Shown here in pieces: positions 20,127 through 31,865 of a stretch of 32,727 bases of DNA; position 1 is the stretch's first letter, and each line of letters opens with the position of its first letter. The stretch covers positions 1-32,727 of the forward strand of contig LWCA01000315.1 of assembly GCA_001642005.1 (NCBI GenBank), given 5' to 3'. This stretch comes from Intoshia linei. Its lineage: Eukaryota > Animalia > Orthonectida. The position numbers and the translations under genes are program-made. The notes under the pieces were generated by a model, which did no database searches, had not been told where the DNA came from, and saw only the letters and a list, made by a program, of their open reading frames with translations.

Positions 20127-23100
20127 ATGGTAATATTTAAAAACTATTTTATTGGTTATTGGGTATTACTAATCACTTTATTTACAGACTGCTTTCATGA
20201 AATCTATCCTCAATATAGACTTTATATGTAAGATATGTAATGGTTACATTATCGATGCTACTACAATCAATGAATGCATGCACTCATGTAAATTTATTAT
20301 ACGTTTATATCTTAAAACAGGGTATTGGCACTATGTGTTTTGTATACTTTATGTTAAGTATTTTAATATAAATTTTCACCACACGCATAGTTTTCATAAT
20401 TTAATTCTTACACTTGTGATATTGAGTTCATTTTTAACAAACAAGTTAATTTTTTTCTCTTTTCTGTATATCAGGTTGATAATTATCACTGTATTTTAAA
20501 TACTTATATAAATTAAATATACTAGGTAAATAAAAGTAACCTTAAAAAACACGTACATGTAGTATCAATTTTAGATTATTTAGAAAAACTGGCTTAACTT
20601 ATGTACCTTTTACGAATAGTTTCTGTCGAGTACGGACGTTTCCAAGAGTATATATTAGTGATAATAATAATGGCATAAAGATGTGAATCATAATTTATGA
20701 TAAATTAACTTTTTTATAAATTGTCATTAGACTGAAACCTGGATTTTGAAATTTGACAATTTCGTTAAACAATTAATCAAGGTAAGTCAATTTACAAATG
20801 TTAACTAAAAATACGAATTCAAATCAATTCTAGTTTCGATTCGTAATTTAGCTAGAATAAAAGATAAATAATGAGTAAAATGAGTTGCCTTGTTAGAATT
20901 TAGTTAAATGGGGAAGTCGTTGTTAGTAAAACATCCATTTGGTATCTAACACTGTATTTACAGCTAAAACGTATTCTTACTCAAAATTGATTTGTGGTAC
21001 ATGTGTATTATAAATGTACACTTTAGTGCGCAAAATTGTTTAATTATGAGCCAAAATTAAACTAAAGTTTATTCAAAAAAGTTTTAATTTGTTGATAAAA
21101 ATTTTAAACTTCAATTAAATTGCTGGTTTCCATCATCATCCCAAAGATTTAAAAAAATATCCTGTGATTTATGTTTTTTTAAATTCTAAGCCTCTTAATT
21201 TTTTAAATAAATGGTTACGTACATACATTTGGGGCTATTTTATTTTGTATAAGTAAGGCTTGTCTTTAGAGACAATCTACCATAACCGAGACCTATCGTT
21301 GGCCGCGACGAAATTTTTCTAAAATGGATAAATCATTTTACAATGTCATAATTTATGAATGTTTACCACGTACACTGTGTCGTATTGTAGAACTGATGTA
21401 GAGTAACTTGTTATAATACAATTTTATATACATTATATGGAGGACCTTAGATTGGCCGTCTACTGTAATTATGCTAATTTGTTATGTATAATTGTATATT
21501 TTTTTTCAAAATTCAGTATCAATTTAATTGTAAAAATTTATTTGTTTATCTTAATTTTAATTGTTCTAATTAATTAATAATTAATAATCAGTGTAAAGTT
21601 AGTGATTTGATTAGAGATGTTTATCTCGTGTACAATAATGTAGAAATTAGTATGGTATAAGTTCATTGGACTTTCCCATAAATTTTCTGTTTATAGATTT
21701 ACATTTACAGTGCATCGGGGTTTCAAACATTTTGATCGATTAAATTTTGAACAGACCACAGCAAACTAGGCATTATCACTTTAGATCAGTGATTCTAGAT
21801 TGGGGTTCCTCGACGCCTTGGGTCCAAAACTATAAACTTTTGGGTTTGTGAGATTCAAATAAAATATATAAAAAAAATGTATCAACTTTTTTTAATTTTT
21901 AATATTTATTACAGAGTTGCCAGATGTTGTGAATTTATCCTAAATACTAGACGACCGCTACATTATTATTTCAAAAATCCCATATTAATAAAATTTTATA
22001 AAAAATACCATTTAAAAACCCCAGGGTAAAATCGACTTTTACCAAATCCTATGAGAAACAACTTCTTAATAAAAAATCTAATTTTACCAAACTAAATTAA
22101 GGGAAAATCACCTTTTTCCAATATTTTTTTGAAACACGATTTTACCAATTCTTATAAGAAAAAATATTCAATTTTTTTATAAATGTTATATATAACATGT
22201 TTTCTTTGGGGTCCAAAAAAATAAAAATAAAATGGGGTCCGTACACTATTTGAATCATAAACCACTGCTTTAGATGTAAATCAAAAATATTTTTATTACA
22301 CTTTTAATGTAGTTAAATTCGATTTTTTATTTTTCTTAATTCTTACATTTGCAACAATCACAATGCAAGCATGCTGTGAATCGCTGTTTTTATAGATACA
22401 TGTATTACTTTAGCATATTGGATAATTAAAATGCAACCTTTGAAGTTGTTTTTTTTATGACATTGATCCTTTTATCTTGCGTGTTGTAAAAATGAATTTA
22501 ACTAAACATTAAATTAAAAAATTAAACATATTTTTTTTGTCTGGAAATCTATACGTAATCATGATTCAACTAATTGATTACTATATGATATACAGGAGAT
22601 TCTCCTAAGGTAAGGTTGCTATTAGGGCCACCAAAAATTGACAATTAAATGGATTATAACAAAATAAACCAGTACATGAGTATAGCAAATTTTTTCAAAC
22701 AATACAGTGTTCCCAGATCGTGTTCTTTTCACTCTTGTAAATTTTAATTTTTTTATTGGTGCAATAAAATTAAACAAATTAAAAAAAAAATAGTGAAAAA
22801 TATTTTTAACTAACTAACCGGTTAGCTTTTTACGACCTTGCAGCCAGTAACTAACTAAATGTGCTTTCTAGGAAAAAGCAAGATGCCAGTATCCATCTCG
22901 ATATGCCATTATTAACCTAGACGATTTACTTGTAACTAACCAGAGATGACTGCTATGATAACCATAATTATGCCATAACATTTATGGCATAAATGCTATA
23001 TTTTAATTCTGCTACATTTGTTGCATTATAAATAGGAGCAGCTTCCTATACATTTTACGACTTATTGTATTCAATTTTATGCCTATTCAATTTAAATTGA

Positions 23101-25231
23101 AATTAACATAAATTGTACAATTTAAACATTCCATTTAAACAAATATAGTCAGTGATTAATAGTGAAAATGCTTTATATTGTTAAAAAATTATTAATTTAG
23201 CTATGATAATTGATACTGTTCGCCCTAGTTGCTATTAATCTTTTTACTTTGTTTTAAATTTTTCGAATTAAATATACCCGAAATTTAACAATTCAACCAA
23301 TTTGTACAATAATAAAACATAACCCGTACCAACATATAAAAAAGTGCATTACTCCGGAGCTAATTAAAATATTTTTAAATGGTTATGTCTGGTAAAAGTT
23401 TTTTCTCTGAAAAACCAGTTTTCATTGTATCAGTGAGAATACAAGAGGATTCTCGGGTATGGTATTTTCAGCTGTGAAAACAGTAGTAACTGCAGACAAA
23501 AACATTATATACGTTTATATATCTTTTGAATATACTCAGTTTAGGAGTCTTAGACATGTAACTCTGATTATATTAATTATTTTAGTTTGTAAATCATGCA
23601 TTTGTGTTTACTTAGACAAATACGAAAAATGTCCAATTTGTAAGATTATTGTATACAAAAATGAAAATTTAAGGTTTAATTTAAAAATATTAATTTAATA
23701 TTGTGTAGAATCGATGAAAAAAAACAAAAATTAATTTATAAAATTATTCCAGGAATATTCACAGGTTTTTATAATTTTTAAAATTAATTCATTTTTTATA
23801 GAGGAATACACTAAACGTCAAAATTTTGATTCTGATTTAAACAATGGTAATGATCTATTTAAAATTTTAGCTTAAAAGATATTAATGTTAATTTTAGAAT
23901 TTTTTAAAAAAAAAAAAATTAACGTTTTGCTAATTCGTCAGAAAAAAATGTAAATTTTAAATGAAATAGTACTTTATATTTCTAGAGCTCCTCACCCGAA
24001 AAAATTGGCAATAAGTAAAAATAAAGAGGTTCATTTTTATTTGCATGCAAAATGTTTATTATTTTTTTTAGATACGTTATTTACAATGTGCTTATGATTT
24101 AACATTGGGTCACTTGAGACAATTACTTTGTAGGAAATTGGTTAGAGTGACTTCGCCCCAGGTATAAATATATTATTTTATAATTGTAATTTTGTAGAAT
24201 ATAATTTTGGAAAACAATAAATTGAGCGACTCGGTAACCTTATTGGAATTTGGGTTATTTTATAATAAATTTGAGGTTTTTTTGTTGTGAAATAATTTAT
24301 TAGTTTTTAGAATAATTTGCTAAAAATTTGTTATCAACTTAAAAATGAACAAATGGAAGAATATGATTCTAGTGAAAGAGATGATTCTAATTTGGATGAC
24401 AAAAATGGTAACAGAGATATTAAAAAAATGGAAAATTTAATTCAAACTTTAAATAAAAATGAGGGCACGACTAATGATATGAAATGTGAAACTAATTTGA
24501 AAGACAAAAATGAGGATAATAAAAAAATGGAATCCAATTTGAATGTAAATAAGGATGTCATTTCTAGTAATGATCATAATTGTATTCAAAATCATACGCG
24601 TAATTTTATCGAAAAAAAAGAAGCTAATGATTTAAAATGTTTTAAAAACGAAGCTAATCAGACAATGGAAGTAAACACGTCAACCGAATTAATATCCGTG
24701 GAAAAAAGAAGTAGACGAAGAAGAGGGAAATCTTTGTTGACTCTTCCATCAAAGGCTAGGAAAATTATGCCTAAACCTTCTAATATGACATCAAGTACGG
24801 CTACTGATAATTTACTTGATTCAAAATTGGTGCTACCAAGCTTGACTTATTCTAGTAATAACGATAATGATATTGCTCCGATTTGTGGTATTATAAATTC
24901 AAAAAAATTAAACAATATTAATGCTGGTATTGATTCTAAATCTACAAATCTATATTCTATTTACACAACTGTTCCAAATTTTATTGCCTTAAATGTTTCA
25001 AAGAGTCCACTAATTGGACCTTCTGTATTGAAACAAAAACTGAATTTTGTTAATACTCCCCAAAATCAAACCGTACCTATTTCAACAAATCTTGACTCCA
25101 TTCTCCCTTTTCTTCAACCAATTTCTACCCAAAATAATCTTGTTACCTCTTCTAATTCTAATAAATCAGTTTTTGAAGATATTAATCCGAATTGTATACC
25201 TATTAGAAAAAGGCAATATAATCCAACGTAG
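20127..25231 (+). CDS. BMI1: Polycomb group RING finger protein, BMI1/PCGF2/Psc type (RING + RAWUL + long low-complexity tail), ~491 aa
   Basis: Phase-consistent exons 20127-20129, 20188-20287, 23586-23673, 23709-23764, 23802-23846, 23898-23949, 23986-24028, 24072-24161, 24198-24275, 24311-25231 (TAG). RING [26 protein letters not shown]...CPIC, LIYKIIPGIFTEEYTKR, RAWUL IRYLQCAYDLTLGHLRQLL. PCGF family is secure; the paralog assignment is less so. Start could be ATG 20197. Confidence 0.85.
21787..22267. mobile_element. hAT MITE containing a Tip100-like terminus
   Basis: Ends CAGTGATT... / ...AAACCACTG with perfect TSD CTTTAGAT (21779-21786, 22268-22275); internal CAGAGTTGCCAGA at 21912 followed by repeated TTTTACCAA. 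Confidence 0.8.
22620..22729 (+). repeat. 110-bp repeat, inverted copy of 25964-26073
   Basis: About 8 mismatches in 110 nt against the reverse complement of 25964-26073; contains a Tip100-like CAGTGTT(C/G)CCAGA end. Confidence 0.9.
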
Positions 25232-25963
25232 TAATTAACGTTTTGTGTTGAATTTAAATAAAATTTTTTTTTTTTGCTTTTCAGTTGACTTATTAGTCAA
25301 TACAAGGGTGGACAGTACAATTTTTATATTTGGAATGAATTTTGAATTATAAAGATTTTAGTACAAAAGTACGTACATTTGTACATTCGTTCCACATGCA
25401 ACTATTTAGAGGTTTTTAATTTTTGATTGACATTTTAATATAATGTTTGCAAAAAATGTAATGTGTCATATTTATTATGTGTTTATAAATTACCACATTA
25501 CAATAACTCAATACGTCAGTTTATGAACCTACATATTGAATTAAACGAATGATGACGAATCATTGATGACTCCTCAATAATTATTATAATGGAATTGAAA
25601 TTAATTTCATACTGACATGTAATGTTTTGTATAAAATTTCAAATTATCATAATAAAACTAGTGAAGAAAATATATTGAAATGATTTATGATGATTGATAA
25701 AGGCATTGTAAAAATTAATATTATATCGACAAAGCTTGGCAGCATACAAATTTTAGATTTTAATGATTAGATGGTTCTATATAAAAATATCCATTAAATT
25801 TTAATTTCTTTAAAAAGTGTCGGGTAGGGTTTTTCCAAAATCACAAAAACAAAGATTTAACAATAGAAAACATGAGTTGACCAATATAAAATTAATTTTT
25901 ACCAAACCGTTTTGCTTGAATTTAAAAAAACCCTCCGGAGTCAATTTTAGTTAAATATTATAC

Positions 25964-26073
25964 AAAAGAACACGATCTGGCAACACTGTATTGTTTGAAA
26001 AAATTTGCTATACTTATGCACTGGTTTGTCTTGTTATAATCAATTCAATTGTCAATTTTTGGTGGCCTTAATA
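25964..26073 (-). repeat. 110-bp repeat, inverted copy of 22620-22729
   Basis: AAAAGAACACGATCTGGCAACACTG...GGTGGCCTTAATA; its reverse complement aligns without gaps to 22620-22729. Confidence 0.9.
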
Positions 26074-26110
26074 CTGATTAATTAGTACAGAAAGAAAATT
26101 ATTTCTAAAC

Positions 26111-26993
26111 CAGTGATTTCCAACCTGTGGGTTTTTTGATATTTTTCATGGGTAATCGCGAAATTTGTTCTAAAAAAATAGGAATTTTTTTATTTTTTTG
26201 TGTCGAATGTACAGTAACGTATGAAATATAATTTTCCCAATTAAGTTCTTCAGGGTCAAAAACAAAATTTCTTTTTTTTTTACTATTTTGTAAAATTAGT
26301 TTTTTAAAAAATTTGAATTAAATTTAGTATTAACCCATACACACCCAGACAAATTTTTCCAATTTTTTAGCTTCGATTTTTCCAAAAATTAGGGAAGTTA
26401 ATACATACTTGTCCATTTCTCACCATATATAATTTTAGGTTATTACCAATTGTAGTTATGGAGTTATTTCACATTCCATTTGTTCACATTGGGAGAATAA
26501 GGCAAATAAAAGCATGTATATATAAAACCGCATCGTCAATATACCTAATTATTTTATCAAATTGTAGCCAATACATGAATTCATTATATGGTATTCAGGT
26601 AATTCAGTTATCATAACTTTAACAAAAAAAAATATAAAAAATTTTTTCAGTGAATTTTTTTTTGCTTTGAAAAATCATTTTGGCCCACTGTCAGTGACAC
26701 AGGAGGCTAATCGGTGAAAACTCATAACTAATATACTAAAATGTTACATAATATACTAATTAATTAAATTTTTCATATTTAATTAACTTTGTTTCAATTT
26801 TATACGTGTTTTTATAAATGTAATGTTGTGTGACCATATGGTCACACTGGGAGTATATGGGTTAAGTATAATAAAAATTATATGGTTTATTCTAAAAACC
26901 TGATCATATAAAATGCAGTTAAACAATATAGTGGGTAATATCAAAATAAGTACTATAATATGGGTAATGTAGTAAAAAGGTTGGGAAACACTT
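26111..26993. mobile_element. hAT MITE hosting a nested piggyBac-like element
   Basis: CAGTGATTTCCAACCT ... AGGTTGGGAAACACTT with perfect TSD TTCTAAAC (26103-26110, 26994-27001). Confidence 0.82.
26334..26861. mobile_element. Non-autonomous piggyBac-like element
   Basis: TTAA|CCCATACACACCCAG ... CTGGGAGTATATGGG|TTAA; perfect 20-bp subterminal palindrome GTGTGACCATATGGTCACAC (26828-26847). Confidence 0.8.
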
Positions 26994-27549
26994 TTCTAAA
27001 CAACTTAAATTAATGCTAGGCAATGTGGTAATTATGATATTTATGAAGTCAATGTTTTTAAAAATATATTACTAAAAATTTGATCTGACGGGCCACGCTT
27101 TGGACCACCGAGTTAGAATATAAATGTATGTTCATTGTTCATAAATGACAATGTTCATATCAAAAAAATTTTATATGAATCTGTAACGGTTTTAACAAAA
27201 TAAAATTTTAGTGTTCATATTGAACAGAATCGACACTATATGCTAAGTTAAAAATGCTAACATAGATAAAACTCTTTGTTTGTCTATGTAAACTACTTTG
27301 AATAGACTATATGTGTTATCTTTTATTTCAATAACTAGGAAGAAAGTAAGATAAATTTAAATATCAGAAACTTACATCTTTCAGGTAAAAGCACGAATTA
27401 TTTTTTTATTTAAAATTAAATGAGTCCTCGAATTTGAAAAAATATAAACCATTGAGAATTTTAAAAATAAGTAAAAAGTGACATCGGTTATTTTAATCAT
27501 AACGTGATTCGTAATAATGAACAAATAAATCTCAGCGGACATACCATAA

Positions 27550-27594
27550 CCAATATTATTGTAACCAATAAACTAATTTTGTCAAGTTACGTCA
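27550..27594 (+). promoter_or_regulatory. Candidate proximal elements of BBS5: two CCAAT boxes and a CRE-like site
   Basis: CCAAT at 27550 and 27565, TTACGTCA at 27587-27594; short motifs very near the ATG, so chance is possible. Confidence 0.2.
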
Positions 27595-27600
27595 CATTCC

Positions 27601-28632
27601 ATGGATATTTATAAATACATTTGGCAAGATGTCGAGCTAAGGTTCAGTAATCCTATTTGTGACCTAAAAACCAGTAAAGGCGAAAAAATAGTTGATGTTT
27701 TGAATTTTGTTGAAGATATTAAAGGAAACGGAGGAGAATATGGTACTCTCATTGTTACCAATTTGCGACTTATTTGGTTGTCTAATGCAGATACAAGGAC
27801 GAATTTGTCCATAGGATTCAAATGTTTTTTACTTGTTCAGACAAAAATGGTAGATTCCAGACTGCGTGGTCGAACGGAAGGGCTGAATTTATATACTCAT
27901 TTTAGAAACGTTAATTATCAATACATTTTTACATCGACGTTCAGCAATCCTTCCAGAATGTTTGGAACAGTTATAAATATATCTAGAGCTTATAAAACAA
28001 GTTACCTGTATAGAGAAGTAAAAATAAGAACATCTTTGGTGGAAAATAATAGGTTAAAATTAATGTTGGATGAAGAACTGGTTCAAAATGTTGATAGTGT
28101 ATGGAATTTAGCTGCAAATGAAGGATGTCTTGGGTCTTTTCATATGACAAACATTCGTTTAGTTTGGCAAGCACATCTAAATGAATCATTTAACGCAAGC
28201 ATACCTTATATTAAAATGAGTTCGTTAATGATTATCATGTCGTCATTTGGTAAAGTTTTAATGATCAAAGCTCCAAAATTTGGTGGATCGTACCAATTTG
28301 GATTTCGAGTTGAATCTCAAGAAAAATTAGAACTTTTGTATAACCAAATCAAATCATTTCAAGAAACATATACACAAACACCGATTTTTGGAGTAAACTT
28401 TAAAAAATACTCTTCATCTGATAATGATGTTTCAAAAAATTTGACAATTAAGCTTAATGAAACGTGCAGCCAAAAATTAAATACATCGACAAATGTTCTA
28501 TCGAAATATGCAATAGAAAATAAAGAAAATACTAAATTAGTTTACAATTCTGATTTGGGTTTGACAATTGAAGAATTGAGTCAAGGTTTTACGATTGATG
28601 ATATTTACAGAATTTTTCCTAGAAATGATTAA
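27601..28632 (+). CDS. BBS5: Bardet-Biedl syndrome 5 protein (BBSome subunit), single exon, 343 aa
   Basis: Uninterrupted full-length ORF with EDIKGNGGEYGTLIVTNLRLIW, SRLRGRTEGL, VWNLAANEGCLGSFHMTNIRLVW, FNASIPY, PIFGV and VYNSDLGLTIEEL; AATAAA ~35 nt after the stop. Confidence 0.97.
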   Translation: MDIYKYIWQDVELRFSNPICDLKTSKGEKIVDVLNFVEDIKGNGGEYGTLIVTNLRLIWLSNADTRTNLSIGFKCFLLVQTKMVDSRLRGRTEGLNLYTHFRNVNYQYIFTSTFSNPSRMFGTVINISRAYKTSYLYREVKIRTSLVENNRLKLMLDEELVQNVDSVWNLAANEGCLGSFHMTNIRLVWQAHLNESFNASIPYIKMSSLMIIMSSFGKVLMIKAPKFGGSYQFGFRVESQEKLELLYNQIKSFQETYTQTPIFGVNFKKYSSSDNDVSKNLTIKLNETCSQKLNTSTNVLSKYAIENKENTKLVYNSDLGLTIEELSQGFTIDDIYRIFPRND

Positions 28633-29386
28633 AATGTATTAAAGTATTATTTGAACTGTTCATTTGAATAAACAGTTATGAAAATTTAATACAATTCATT
28701 AAAATTTAACGTTAACATTAAATTCAGGTATTTCTGTAAATTTTTGTTAGTAACAGTTAGCCTGGACCTATGAAAAACTATAACACTCATTCTGTCCACA
28801 CATTGATTACAACACATCCATTATAGTTATTTATATATAGGAAAGGGTTTTCCAATATACAATGTAGGTCAAGTTGTCGAAGTTTAGTTGAGAAGATTTG
28901 AATTGCTGGTTAACTAATTATTTACATTAATTAATTTGTTAATGAATTAATTATGATAAATTATATTTATTTCTTGTTTATAAATAAATTGCGTGTTCAC
29001 TGTATTTAATCAGGAATGTTCATAATAAATTCATATCAACTCAAATTTTAGCATTATTTTTAATAATTATGTTCACATAAAATGTTTATTATGTGAGGTG
29101 GTAATTTAAATTCTTTTTGTTATATGGTTTTTTTAATCCTTTTTTAATAATTTTTTCATAATTGTGTAATATGCAACCTTATTTTTCACGTATGGGAGGC
29201 ACTTTTATATTTTTGCGAAAAAGTAAATATATTTACCCAGAAAAAAGGTATACATTTGAAACCGAAAAATTATAAAATTTAGGAAGATTATTAGATATAC
29301 AAACAAAAATAATTTACCTGACACAATTAATAAGTATGACTGTTTTGTTGTTTAGATAATATAATATTAAAAAAATATTAAATCAA

Positions 29387-29408
29387 GTAACTTGGATATA
29401 ATAAACAA
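29387..29408 (+). promoter_or_regulatory. Candidate X-box (RFX)-like site plus forkhead (FOXJ1-type) site before SPAG6
   Basis: GTAACTTGGATAT (29387-29399), an imperfect X-box match, directly followed by ATAAACAA (29401-29408), 15-36 nt before the ATG. Confidence 0.3.
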
Positions 29409-29422
29409 GCAGTTTTGTCAAC

Positions 29423-31865
29423 ATGAATCGGCAAATATTCCAAGGTATTTTTTGAAGAGGGTACTAATAGTATTTTAAATTAATTAGTTTTTGAAACATA
29501 TCAAAAGTCACGAACGCAATTTGTTCAGACAATTTCTGAATTAGCAAATAGACCGGAAAATATAGAAATATTGGCCAGATCTGGAGTTATGCGCTTGTTG
29601 AGGCCATTGTTGATGGATGTTGCGCCATCCATTCAACATACTGCTGCTTTAGCTTTGGGACGATTAGCTAACTTCAATGATAGACTAGCTGAGGCTGTTG
29701 TGAAAGATGATATTTTACCTCAACTGGTGTATTCACTTGCTGAAAACAATGTATGTTAGTTCACTTAATTTTGCATTAGTTAAAATTGAAATTGATATTT
29801 TAGAGGTTCTATAAGAAAGCTGCTGCTTTTGTGTTGCGAGCTGTAGCTAGGCATTCACCTCAATTGGCCCAATCAGTGGTAGATTGTGGAGCACTAGATG
29901 CTCTTGTTATTTGTTTAGAAGAGTTTGACCCTACTGTGAAGGAATCAGCTGCTTGGGCTCTTGGCTATATTGCAAGACATAACACAGGTAAATCCTTACT
30001 GATATAATATGCTTTGTTTGTCTGTGTGTTATCGTTTATTTCAACAAATACCAGTCTCAGAATTTTATAAATTTCACATTTCAATTACAGTGTTTTCCGA
30101 AAGTGTTAGCAAAATAAATTTCAACCTTCCAAACTCACATCTTACGGGTCAAAAAGCCCAATTGTCCTTTTTTTTGAAAATCAAACGAGTTCGAGAATTT
30201 AAAAAAATATATATATTCTAATACGAATTTTAAAATCATAAATATTATCATAAATTTAAATTTAAAAAAAATATATCTTCAGAGCCAAAATCCTAATTAC
30301 CCTTTTTTAATGAAAAGAGCCTTAGAATTTAAAAAAAAATTACAGGTGGTACAGTTGTATCCTGTTAACACACAAAAAAAATTTCAATCTGAATAAGTAA
30401 CGCCTTCACGGTCAAAAAAGCACTTTAATATTCATATATTTTTTTTCGAAATATTTTATTAAAACAAAAATGTGAAATAATTAAACATCCGAAAATTAAA
30501 AAAAAGATCTGATGTGATAATGATAATGTGATATGACGGTTCCACCTGAAACAAGTTTGGGAACCACTTTTTTAAATGATTGATAATAGTGAATAATAGA
30601 ATTTTTAAGTTACATTTTCAACGTGAATTTATTTTTTTGGTAGAATTAAAGTGTTCCTTCGGCAGAGCTAGGTGCTGTTTGTACGTAGTACATAACAGTT
30701 AACCTAGTACGCATATAATGTATTAACTCATCAAATCTATTTTTAAGATAACATTAAATAACGAAAATAATTTAAATTTTAAAACTCTACAGATTAATAA
30801 TTAATTTTGCGTGGTGAACGAAAATATGAAAATATTTTTTTTGCTTTGTTTCTATTTTTTGTTGTTGATAGATCCTTTAAAAGAATATGCCATTTATGTG
30901 TAAAAAAACATAACCATTGTAAAATTGATAGTATCAGCCCGAGGAGAGCCATCAGTGGGCGTGTCAGATGAAAGTTTTAGGCATCTATAAGTAATGTTTT
31001 ATTTATTTATTTTGATTACGTTCCTGATCGGGTTATTTACACTTTACCGTTTGATATGTGATTGATGGAGTATTTTAATTTAATGTAAGGTAGCTTTCAA
31101 TTTATTAAGAAATTTTGAAGGATTAGCTATTAATTTAGAATATTAGCATTTCATGATCACCGTGACTAGTAATATAATCGTATCCTTCTAATATCGCCTT
31201 AAAAGTATATAGAAATGGTATTATAAAAATATTTATTAATTTTTTATATATAGAATTGGCACAAGCAGTGGTAGATGCTGGTGCAGTTCCATTACTTGTA
31301 TTGTGTATACAAGAACCGGAAATATCTTTGAAAAGAATTTCTGCTTCATCGTTATCGGATATAAGTAAACACAGTCCTGAATTAGCTCAAATCGTTGTTG
31401 ATGCTGGAGCTATTTCTCATTTATCACAGTTAGTTTTACACAAAGATGCAAAATTAAAAGTAATATAAATTAAAAAATTAAATGTACCTTCAATATTTTA
31501 TAGAGACAAGTTATATCTTGTTTGGCTTATATTGCAAAACATAATGTGGATCTTGCCGAAATGGTAGTAGAATCTGAAATATTCCCAGCCTGTTTGGTTT
31601 CTTTACAAGATAACGATGATTATGTTAAAAAACACACGGCTATACTTATAAGAGAAGTTTGCAAGCATACTGGAGAAGTTTAAATTTTTATATTAGTTAT
31701 ATTCAAATTTAGTTGTCTCAATTAATTTTAAATGCAGGAGGAGTTTCTGCCATTGTAAGTTTTATTGGAGAAACACGAGGAAGTATTAGATTACCTGCCA
31801 TTATGACACTTGGATATATTGGTGCTCATTCTGAGACTTTAGCATTGGCTATAATTGAATCAAAG
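29423..31865 (+). CDS. SPAG6: Sperm-associated antigen 6 / PF16 (armadillo-repeat central-pair protein), first ~334 aa; continues past the window
   Basis: Phase-consistent exons 29423-29444, 29488-29750, 29804-29987, 31254-31459, 31504-31677, 31713-31865. MNRQIFQVFETYQKSRTQFVQ, TAALALGRLAN, DILPQLVYSLAENNRFYKKAAAFVLRAV and AVVDAGAVPLLVLCIQEPE closely match SPAG6. Confidence 0.97.
29993..30707 (+). mobile_element. Apparently complete non-autonomous Helitron in SPAG6 intron 3
   Basis: A|TCCTTACTGATATAATATGCTTTGTTTGTCTGT start, hairpin 30675-30698, CTAG|T end, A/T insertion site with no TSD; the 5' part is repeated at 32297 and the 3' part at 13765. Confidence 0.72.

Noticed and set aside
20016-20499. 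ORFs 20016-20231 and the tail of 20197-20499
   Set aside because: Off-frame or intron read-through; only 20188-20287 (plus the ATG at 20127) fits the RING domain.
22620-26073. Pack-type transposon that captured the PCGF exons
   Set aside because: The first half of the RING domain lies outside the repeats and splices in phase to the inside; no TSD.
27609-28189. Minus-strand ORFs within BBS5
   Set aside because: Antisense shadows with no independent support.
30009-30221. 70-aa ORF in a SPAG6 intron
   Set aside because: Lies in the non-coding Helitron; no Rep/helicase motifs.
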